Shown here: positions 39,359-46,873 of the stretch, piece after piece | Numbering within the stretch: the first letter of the stretch is position 1 | How the letters are laid out: every line of letters starts with the position of its first letter | NCBI GenBank assembly: GCA_040755855.1 | Contig: JBFMAD010000001.1 | Location: forward strand, 192,001 to 256,000 | Source: Planctomycetota bacterium | GTDB lineage: Bacteria > Planctomycetota > Brocadiia > JAADGH01 | Direction: 5' to 3' | Length of the DNA stretch: 64,000 nucleotides | Program-made: the position numbers and the translations under genes | The notes under the pieces: generated by a model | Told to the model about the DNA's origin: nothing | Database searches by the model: none | The model's input: only the letters and a program-made list of their open reading frames with translations

Positions 39359-39410
39359 AGGCGCATGTCGGCGCGGGGCGTAAAGAACGGGCTCTGCGCC
39401 CGGAATAGCC

Positions 39411-39761
39411 CTACGAAATCTCATCTTCTTTCCTTTTCCGACAGTACTCGCGCAATTTTATTTTATCCACGTCGCGCATCTCGACAAACTGGATGCCCAT
39501 GTGGATCGTGCCGTCTTCCTTCTGGGAAAGATGGATTACCTTTCCCTTTGCATCTACAATCTCGTCGCCCAGGGCGATGCCGAAGTCAATCTGTGAAAGG
39601 AGGGGGAAGTGTTGCAGGGCTTCCAGAAGAATCCCTCCCTCGCTGATGTCCAGGGTCCGGCCCATTGTCTCGTTGTGACTTAAGCGCGAGACATCTACCT
39701 GTTCGCAATGCACCAGTCCTTTGAACGTGATCCGTGGAGTTTTGCGTTTCTCATCTGTCAT
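39411..39761 (-). CDS. Single-domain PilZ protein
   Basis: EKRKTPR (RxxxR) and DISEGG (D/NxSxxG); GIQF; GGAG RBS. Confidence 0.88.
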   Translation of the reverse strand: MTDEKRKTPRITFKGLVHCEQVDVSRLSHNETMGRTLDISEGGILLEALQHFPLLSQIDFGIALGDEIVDAKGKVIHLSQKEDGTIHMGIQFVEMRDVDKIKLREYCRKRKEDEIS

Positions 39762-39871
39762 TTTATTCTCTCCAACGACCTGAGGAACCGGGTTGCCAAC
39801 TTCTGTTCGCTTTCCTTTTTTTCCATTTATTGCACATCCTGCGTTTTCTTTCAAGCAATTATTTACCCCTA

Positions 39872-40438
39872 TCACTCCAGATTTGAGTGCCTGGAAAGCA
39901 TCCTCGAATGTGTCTGCCTGAGTCGTTTCATTAACACAAGGCACAACGCATCAAGAAGGACCAGGGAGCACTGCTCAAACAACGTGCTCCCGAACTGCCG
40001 GGACCTGGCCTGCTTTGAGGGACTTCTCCCCTCGGCCTTGGACGGCGCGGGCGCCAGCACGGCCACGTCGGACATGCGCCACAGGCGAGAGCGCCGGCGG
40101 CCCGTCAGGCAGGCAATCGCGGCGCCGGCGGCCTTGGCCTTCTTGGCCATATGGCATGTTACATCGGTCGAACCCGAACAACTGATGGCGACCAGGAGAT
40201 CGCCCCTCCTGATTGCCGTTGCGGTGGATTCCCCAACAACTTGCGCCGATAGGCCCAGGTGATTCAGCCGCATCGCAAATGCGCGCGCCACAAGACCGGA
40301 ACGGCCCTGGCCGGTGGCGGCGATTCGCCGGGCCTTCAGGATGGCGCCAGCCAGGGTATCCATCTCGCCGGAATTCACGCGGGCAAGAGTTCTCTCGACC
40401 TCTTCAGTCACGATGCGCAGTGCTTGGGCGAAGTCCAT
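39872..40438 (-). CDS. hxlB: 6-phospho-3-hexuloisomerase (SIS domain)
   Basis: GQGRSGLVARAFAMRLNHLG, VVGEST, ISCSGST, GSTLFEQ, RHSNLE. Promoter TTGACA-18-TAGCAT at ~40496-40467. Confidence 0.9.
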   Translation of the reverse strand: MDFAQALRIVTEEVERTLARVNSGEMDTLAGAILKARRIAATGQGRSGLVARAFAMRLNHLGLSAQVVGESTATAIRRGDLLVAISCSGSTDVTCHMAKKAKAAGAAIACLTGRRRSRLWRMSDVAVLAPAPSKAEGRSPSKQARSRQFGSTLFEQCSLVLLDALCLVLMKRLRQTHSRMLSRHSNLE

Positions 40439-40696
40439 ATTACTCCCTTTCCGAGAATGCGAATAAATGCTACCACAGCCTATAGGGGACTGTCAACGAG
40501 GCGGCAGCAATGGAATCAACACGCCGGGCGAGCAAGCCGGGCTTCCAATGCCAAGTCGCCGTTGTGAGATTTCTCTTCGCTCTGCGAGAATCGTTATGTA
40601 TAATATGTTTTGCAATTGTGGTGAAGACGGCATTCCCACCATCCCACATCGGGGGCAAATTATCGGCACGTTCCTACATGGATAGGTGAATTAGTC

Positions 40697-41287
40697 ATGA
40701 TGTTTCCGGAAGTTATAGAAATCTCCGAATCGAGTTCGGCGGATCGCCTGCGCTGGTGGAATTGGTGGCCGATGCTCCTGGGCCCGGCGGATATGCTGTT
40801 CGTATGCCTCGCGCGCCGGCTTGGGTGGACATGGTTCCTCTCGAAGGGGCTGCACGAGGCGTTGGGGACCCACCTGACGGCGGCGGCGGCGGGTTGCTAC
40901 CTCCTCCTTGCGTGGCGCAGCGGCAATCCGGTCCATAAGCTCCTCGCCGCGCTGTCGATCGCGTTTTTGTGTCGGGAGATTCACTTCGCGGGGACCACTC
41001 ACGGCGTCTATGCGGCACTGGCGCTGCTTGTCCTGTGGGCGTGGCTGTGGCGCGGGCGGTTGAAGACGGGGGCGGCGGAGGGGCGGCTCCTGGTATGGTT
41101 GTGTGCCACCGCATTCACCTATATTCTCTCCGAGCTCGTCGCCCGCAACATCCTGAGGGTCGTCGGCATCCACTACGGACTTGAGATGCGATGCTGGACC
41201 GAGGAATCGCTCGAAAGCATGGCCCATGTCATGCTGATCATTACCGCATTCTCGGATCGTTTTCGCCGGCCGAAGGTCTCGCCCTGA
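40697..41287 (+). CDS. Hypothetical membrane protein
   Basis: About 6 hydrophobic segments; CREIHFAG; EESLE..AH. Confidence 0.65.
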   Translation: MMFPEVIEISESSSADRLRWWNWWPMLLGPADMLFVCLARRLGWTWFLSKGLHEALGTHLTAAAAGCYLLLAWRSGNPVHKLLAALSIAFLCREIHFAGTTHGVYAALALLVLWAWLWRGRLKTGAAEGRLLVWLCATAFTYILSELVARNILRVVGIHYGLEMRCWTEESLESMAHVMLIITAFSDRFRRPKVSP

Positions 41288-41395
41288 AGGCCGTAACAAT
41301 GGAAGGCGTTTGGCCCCGGAAAATCCCTTTACTGCATCTATTAGATGGTTCCGAGCAAAAGGTCGCTTTTTCACCAACAATTTCCGGGATAGCGC

Positions 41396-41424
41396 TTGAC
41401 AGACGGAAATCATCGGCCTATAAT
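41396..41424 (+). promoter_or_regulatory. Perfect-consensus sigma70 promoter
   Basis: TTGACA-17 nt-TATAAT. Confidence 0.85.
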
Positions 41425-41494
41425 AATATAACCTCCCAGGACGCACCAGGAAGCAGATTATTATTGAACCCAGACCTCTGGAAAGGGGAGTGTC

Positions 41495-44400
41495 ATGTCG
41501 CGTAGAATTCACAGAACGCTTCTCATCGAAGAACTGGAGTCCCGCGTTTCTCCCGCTGTGCTGACCAGCGGCCAAAGCGTAAGCTTTACGGACGGCGACA
41601 ACGATGTGGTGCGCCTCCTGTTCACCGGCGACGGGACTGCGACGGTCACGTGGGCCATCGGCGGCGCCAACCCCGTGCTGAACGACGAGGTCCAGACCGT
41701 GGTGCTTGCCGGCACAACCATCCGATCCGGCTACACAGCCACCATTGTGACCAGGGGCTCCGCCACTCCCACCCTCACAGGCGGGGCGATCACCTCCGGC
41801 GCAAATCCCATGGGCAGAATCTCCATGACCGCCACGGGGGGCACGGTGGTGAACACGGACATCGCCATCGGCGGCGACGCCACCATGATCATGATGACGG
41901 GAATTCTGGACAACTCCGCCAACGTGGGATGGGGCGTCACTGTCGGCGGCACGACCGGCAGCATCATGCTCAGGAACGGCATGAACGAGGCGGCGATCAA
42001 TGTGGGCAACACCAGGATGATTCAAATTCTCGGAAACGTTATAACGGCGAATGCCATTACGCCGATTACCACCAACAACATTGACAATCTGATAATCAAG
42101 GGACTCGTCAGCAATTTTGACGGCGGGGCCGTCGGTGTTCCCCTGATTGACATCAACGGAAACGCCGGCATCGTGCAGTTGCTGGGTGGAACAAGAACAT
42201 GGTCGGTCCTGGGGGCGGACATTGACATCGAGGGAAACTGCAGGTTACTGGATTTAAGAAGATACGCACTTGCGACAGATATTGAGATCGGCGGTTTGAC
42301 TCCTGCGGACCGGGCCAGTCGGATCACCATCTGGCGAGAGTTTGCCGACTGGGAAACGGGCGCTGTTTCCAGCAGTCTCACCGTGAACGGCACAACAGGC
42401 GCCCTCACCTTCAAGACCGATCCGGCCGCCATCGGGCTGTATCGCACCAACGTGACGTTGAACGGCAACGTGGACTCCATCTCCCTCTTTAGCCGCATTC
42501 AGGACTCAACAATCACAGTAAACGGCGACTTGGGAACGGTACGGCGGGGAGCAGTCACCAGCGGATCCGCCGAGCAAAACACGTCCCTTTTCTTCACCAT
42601 GACGGTGAACGGCAATCTCCTCCGCGGCGGGGATTTGCCGTACCTTTTCGGCACCGGATCGAGTTTCACCGTGAATGGGAATGTGCAAGCCGGCAACCTT
42701 AGAATATACCGGATTGACGGCGCAACGGTAAACGTAACGGGGAACGTTTCAAGCCTGGCTATTTATAGCACGGCAAAGACCGCCGACGTCACCATCGGCG
42801 GTAATGTGACTGGCTGGATCATGGCGGTGGCGGGACTTGATAGCGTTAACTTCACCGTCGGCGGGGCGCCCGGAACCGGATTTCTTTCCCGTTTCACAGT
42901 CTTAGGAAGCATGAAATCCTCCAGTTTGACGACAACCGATACGGTGGATAACATCAACATCCTCGGTTCCCTTGAGAGCACCCTGCTGAGCATCGGAAAC
43001 GACCTCAATCGGCTTCTCATTACGGGGAGCATGACCTCCTCCGGCATCAACGTGACGAATAACGCCCGGCGGATTGCCATCCTCGGAAGCCTCGAAGGCA
43101 TCTACCCGGGGCTCGGCGCCTATGACGCCATGTTCTACGACGGAGGAACCGGCGTCGAGACCAATTGGAGCTCCACCGCCCTCCCCATCACCGAGAATCG
43201 AACCTCCATCTTTGTTGACAGCTCCGGGAACGAATACATGGTCTTCCAGCGGCGCGAGGCGACGAACGAGGACTGGGAAATCTGGTATGAGATCAACGAC
43301 GGAGGACCGATTCGCCTGACGAACAACGACCGCGACGACATCTTCCCAAGCATTTATGTTGACGACAGCGGTGGCCCGGGCTTTGAGGTTATCCATATCA
43401 TTTGGCAGTGGCAGCAGGATACCGATCCCGGCGACTGGGAAATCGTCTACTGGAACAGCAACCTTCCGTATGCGCTGCCTCTTACCAACCTCGACAACGC
43501 CTCCCTCGTCGCCGTAAGCACGGCCCTCGGCACGGGAAACGACGTGGAGGATCGCTACCCAATGATTGACCAGTCCAGCACGCCGACGAGCATCGGCTTC
43601 ACCTGGCAGCAGGAAGACGCGACCTCTGGCGACACCTTCTACATCTGTTACTCCACCATCAATCCGACCCTGCCCGCCTGGCCCCTGCCGGTAACCCAGG
43701 TCCTCAACGCGGCAAGCGGGATTGAGGGAGAGACGCCCGCCATCAACGGCGGCAGGATCGCCTATGTCCTGAACGATGGGGAGGATTATGAGGTGTATTA
43801 CTGGAGGAGCGGGGCCATTACGCAGGTTACCAATAATGCCGTGGATGACCTGAACCCTGCCATCTATTGGAACCCGCTTGCGTTGCCGGTGCAAAGCGCC
43901 TATATCGCGTGGGAGCAGTATGAGGATACAGATCATGATCCTGCGCCGCAACCCTACATCAGCGGCGGCGAGGAGATCGAAGGCAGCCCTGAAATCATGT
44001 TCTGGAACAGCGGCACGGGCGTGACCAGCGCAGTGACCAACAGCCCCGCCGATGAGTACAACCTTGAGCCGTCCGTCTGGGTGGACCCGAACACCTTCAC
44101 GGCGGGGGTGGCTTACCAGCACCGACACGCCGTCGGCGATTCATACAACTACGACATCTACTACTGGGTTGATGGCGTGCCGGGCGTTGACCAGATCACC
44201 ACCAACCTCTCCGACGACATCACGCCGTGGCTTTTTTCCGACGGTGTAGACTTCTTCATCGGCTTCTCGTGGTACGACGGCATACCCGCCCCCACCCTGA
44301 CCGTGGGAATTGACCTGGACTATATGAGCGTCGGCGGTGACATGACGAACGTTGACTGCGCCGTGGGCAACGATCTGGATCAGTTGAGGGTGGGCGGCGC

Positions 44401-44851
44401 TCTGTCGGACGAGGACGCTGCTTTCGACTGGATCATAGGCAACAACGCCCGCTACATCCACCTGGGCTACGCGAAGGGAACGGCGGGCAACTGGACCGAC
44501 CAGTTCTCCATGCAAATCGTCAACAATCTCACCGAGAGGGTGTACCTCACAGGCACCTTTGCGAAGGACACCAGCGACATCCATCAACCCGATCCACTGG
44601 CCCCCATTACGGACTATCCATATCTCCTCATCACCGGCACGGCCGCAGGAAGCCTGATCTATGCCGGAAGAGACATGGCCGGCTATATGGTTGTCGGGGG
44701 GCGATTCGGCGACGCTACAGTCGGACGAATATTCAACGGCCAACTCCTCGCCGGGGCGATGGGCATCGGCAACACGTTCAAGGCCTTCGACTCGCCCGAA
44801 GGACTCATTCTGCCCGGCAACGCCTTCCAGAACTACAAGGGATATCCGTAA
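41495..44851 (+). CDS. Large surface/secreted protein with planctomycete-type export motif, beta-helix-like repeats and an inserted TolB-like propeller
   Basis: N-terminal RRIHRTLLIEELESRVSPA; repeated VNGN/IGGD/VGND units; four (L/V/I)T(N/T)(N/S)..D(D/E)..P blades. Confidence 0.75.
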   Translation: MSRRIHRTLLIEELESRVSPAVLTSGQSVSFTDGDNDVVRLLFTGDGTATVTWAIGGANPVLNDEVQTVVLAGTTIRSGYTATIVTRGSATPTLTGGAITSGANPMGRISMTATGGTVVNTDIAIGGDATMIMMTGILDNSANVGWGVTVGGTTGSIMLRNGMNEAAINVGNTRMIQILGNVITANAITPITTNNIDNLIIKGLVSNFDGGAVGVPLIDINGNAGIVQLLGGTRTWSVLGADIDIEGNCRLLDLRRYALATDIEIGGLTPADRASRITIWREFADWETGAVSSSLTVNGTTGALTFKTDPAAIGLYRTNVTLNGNVDSISLFSRIQDSTITVNGDLGTVRRGAVTSGSAEQNTSLFFTMTVNGNLLRGGDLPYLFGTGSSFTVNGNVQAGNLRIYRIDGATVNVTGNVSSLAIYSTAKTADVTIGGNVTGWIMAVAGLDSVNFTVGGAPGTGFLSRFTVLGSMKSSSLTTTDTVDNINILGSLESTLLSIGNDLNRLLITGSMTSSGINVTNNARRIAILGSLEGIYPGLGAYDAMFYDGGTGVETNWSSTALPITENRTSIFVDSSGNEYMVFQRREATNEDWEIWYEINDGGPIRLTNNDRDDIFPSIYVDDSGGPGFEVIHIIWQWQQDTDPGDWEIVYWNSNLPYALPLTNLDNASLVAVSTALGTGNDVEDRYPMIDQSSTPTSIGFTWQQEDATSGDTFYICYSTINPTLPAWPLPVTQVLNAASGIEGETPAINGGRIAYVLNDGEDYEVYYWRSGAITQVTNNAVDDLNPAIYWNPLALPVQSAYIAWEQYEDTDHDPAPQPYISGGEEIEGSPEIMFWNSGTGVTSAVTNSPADEYNLEPSVWVDPNTFTAGVAYQHRHAVGDSYNYDIYYWVDGVPGVDQITTNLSDDITPWLFSDGVDFFIGFSWYDGIPAPTLTVGIDLDYMSVGGDMTNVDCAVGNDLDQLRVGGALSDEDAAFDWIIGNNARYIHLGYAKGTAGNWTDQFSMQIVNNLTERVYLTGTFAKDTSDIHQPDPLAPITDYPYLLITGTAAGSLIYAGRDMAGYMVVGGRFGDATVGRIFNGQLLAGAMGIGNTFKAFDSPEGLILPGNAFQNYKGYP

Positions 44852-44889
44852 TCCGACCATCCGCGCCGCCGAAAAACGAATTTCCTTCC

Positions 44890-44920
44890 AGCGCCCGCCC
44901 TATGGCGGGCGCTTTCTTTA
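44890..44920 (+). terminator. Rho-independent terminator
   Basis: AGCGCCCGCC-CTAT-GGCGGGCGCT followed by TTCTTTA. Confidence 0.85.
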
Positions 44921-44936
44921 TTGGGCGCAAGATGTC

Positions 44937-44966
44937 TTGAAAAACCCCTCCCTGTGCGGTTACAAT
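44937..44966 (+). promoter_or_regulatory. Promoter for the P-II/gdhA operon
   Basis: TTGAAA-18 nt-TACAAT. Confidence 0.55.
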
Positions 44967-45010
44967 TCGGCTCAGATTCCACATCCTTATCCTTGTGCGA
45001 GAGGTGCGGC

Positions 45011-45352
45011 ATGCTGAAAAAAATCGAATGTTTTATGAATCCTTCGGCATTGGATGCGCTAAAGGACGACCTGATCGCCGCGGGCGTGGAGGGGATGAGC
45101 GTGCTCGACGCCAGCGGCTTCGGGCGACAGCGCGGCCACCTGGCGGACGAGGAGCCGGCGGAGGACATAAGATTCCTCAAAAAACTCAAGCTGGAGATCG
45201 TGGTGGACGAGGAGATGGTGGACGACGTCGTCACCATCCTCCGCAAACTGGCCAAGGACAGGACCATCGGCGCGGGCAAAATTTTCGTCATCCCCGTTGA
45301 AGACGCCGTCCGCATCAGCACGGCGGAATCGGGCAAACGAGCCATCCATTAG
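45011..45352 (+). CDS. glnB: P-II family nitrogen regulatory protein with atypical T-loop
   Basis: KKIE, GFGRQRG, KLEIVV, IGAGKIFVIPVEDAVRI; GAGG RBS. Confidence 0.9.
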   Translation: MLKKIECFMNPSALDALKDDLIAAGVEGMSVLDASGFGRQRGHLADEEPAEDIRFLKKLKLEIVVDEEMVDDVVTILRKLAKDRTIGAGKIFVIPVEDAVRISTAESGKRAIH

Positions 45353-45371
45353 CGATTGCAGGGAGAACGCA

Positions 45372-46625
45372 ATGTCAAACGCAGAATACAATCCGTGGGA
45401 CATGGCGCGAGCGCAACTCAAGGAGGCGGCCGAGAATCTGGACCTCAGCCCGGACCTCCACCGCATCCTCTCCAACTGTCGGCGCTCGCTCATCGTGTCG
45501 CTGCCCGTGAAGATGAGCGACGGAACCATCCAGGTCTTCCAGGGCTTTCGCGTCCAGCACAATCTCGCCCGAGGGCCGGGGAAGGGCGGCATCCGTTACC
45601 ATCCCGATGTGACCCTCGACGAAGTCAAGGCCCTCGCCATGTGGATGACATGGAAGTGCGCCGTGGTGGGCGTGCCATACGGTGGGGCCAAGGGCGGCAT
45701 CATATGCGACCCGGACAACTTGAAGCCCATCGAGCTTGAGCGCCTGACGCGCCGATTCACCTTCGAGTTGATCCCCCTCATCGGCCCCGAGCGGGATATC
45801 CCCGCCCCCGACATCAACACCGACGAGCAGGTGATGGCCTGGATCATGGACACCTACAGCATAGACCAGGGATACAGCGTGCCCGGCGTCGTCACCGGCA
45901 AGCCGATCAGCATCGGCGGCTCCCATGGCCGGACAGACGCCACCGGACGGGGCTGCGTCTTCGTCATCCTGAGCGCGGCAAAGCACCTGGGGCTGGTCCC
46001 CGATAAGACGCGCGTGGCGATTCAGGGGTTTGGGAAGGTGGGGTCTTCGGCCGCGCGGGTGCTGGTCCGCGAAGGCTGCAAGGTGATCGCCGTAAGCGAC
46101 AAATTCGGCGGCATCCACAATCCGAACGGCATCGAGCCGGACGAAATCAAGGAGCATCTGCAGACAAGCCACACCGTGTCGGACTTCCCGGGCGCAGAAC
46201 GAATCTCCAATGCGGACCTCCTCGAGATGGACTGCGACGTCCTCGTCCCGGCGGCGTTGGAGAACCAGATCACCGAGGCGAACGCGGAGCGAATCAAGGC
46301 AAGGGTGATCGCCGAGGCCGCCAACGGCCCGACGACGCTCGCCGCCGACAAAATCCTCGAGCAAAAGGGCGTGTGGGTGATCCCCGACATCCTGGCCAAT
46401 GCCGGCGGGGTGACCGTCTCCTACTTCGAGTGGGTGCAGGGACTGCAGGCCTACTTCTGGAGCGAGCGGGAGGTCAACCTCAAACTGCGCGACATCATGG
46501 AGCGGGCCTACGCGGCGGTGTACAAAATTGCGTCGGAGAACAGCGTCACCATGCGCCAGGCCGCCATGATGCTGGCCGTCCGCCGCGTCGCCGGCGCCAC
46601 GCAGACGAGGGGCATCTATCCGTAG
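45372..46625 (+). CDS. gdhA: Glutamate dehydrogenase (Glu/Leu/Phe/Val dehydrogenase family)
   Basis: RVQHN.ARGPGKGGIRYHP, MTWKCA, GGAKGG, DIPAPD, VVTGKP, QGFGKVG, EAANGP, NAGGVTVSYFEWVQ. Confidence 0.93.
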   Translation: MSNAEYNPWDMARAQLKEAAENLDLSPDLHRILSNCRRSLIVSLPVKMSDGTIQVFQGFRVQHNLARGPGKGGIRYHPDVTLDEVKALAMWMTWKCAVVGVPYGGAKGGIICDPDNLKPIELERLTRRFTFELIPLIGPERDIPAPDINTDEQVMAWIMDTYSIDQGYSVPGVVTGKPISIGGSHGRTDATGRGCVFVILSAAKHLGLVPDKTRVAIQGFGKVGSSAARVLVREGCKVIAVSDKFGGIHNPNGIEPDEIKEHLQTSHTVSDFPGAERISNADLLEMDCDVLVPAALENQITEANAERIKARVIAEAANGPTTLAADKILEQKGVWVIPDILANAGGVTVSYFEWVQGLQAYFWSEREVNLKLRDIMERAYAAVYKIASENSVTMRQAAMMLAVRRVAGATQTRGIYP

Positions 46626-46669
46626 AATCCTACTCCGGGACTTGCCACCTTTTTGCGCACAGACCGGGC

Positions 46670-46841
46670 AGGGAAAAATTCAAGTTGGGCACACTTTATT
46701 GAATCGCCCGGCCTTGGGGGCGATTCAATAAATCTTCGTCTCCGGCCAAGATACGCGCGGCGGGTCAGGGAAAAGAGAGGAAGAAAACAAAACCCCAAGG
46801 CGGGTTTTGTTTTCTTATGTGCCCAACTTGAATTTTTCCCT
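46670..46841. mobile_element. MITE/REPIN-like element with perfect 24-bp terminal inverted repeats and two internal 15-bp hairpins
   Basis: AGGGAAAAATTCAAGTTGGGCACA (46670-46693) and its exact reverse complement (46818-46841); hairpins at 46695-46732 and 46781-46816. Confidence 0.7.
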
Positions 46842-46873
46842 TGGGTTGCGGGCGAAGCCTGCGTTAGGAAAAT

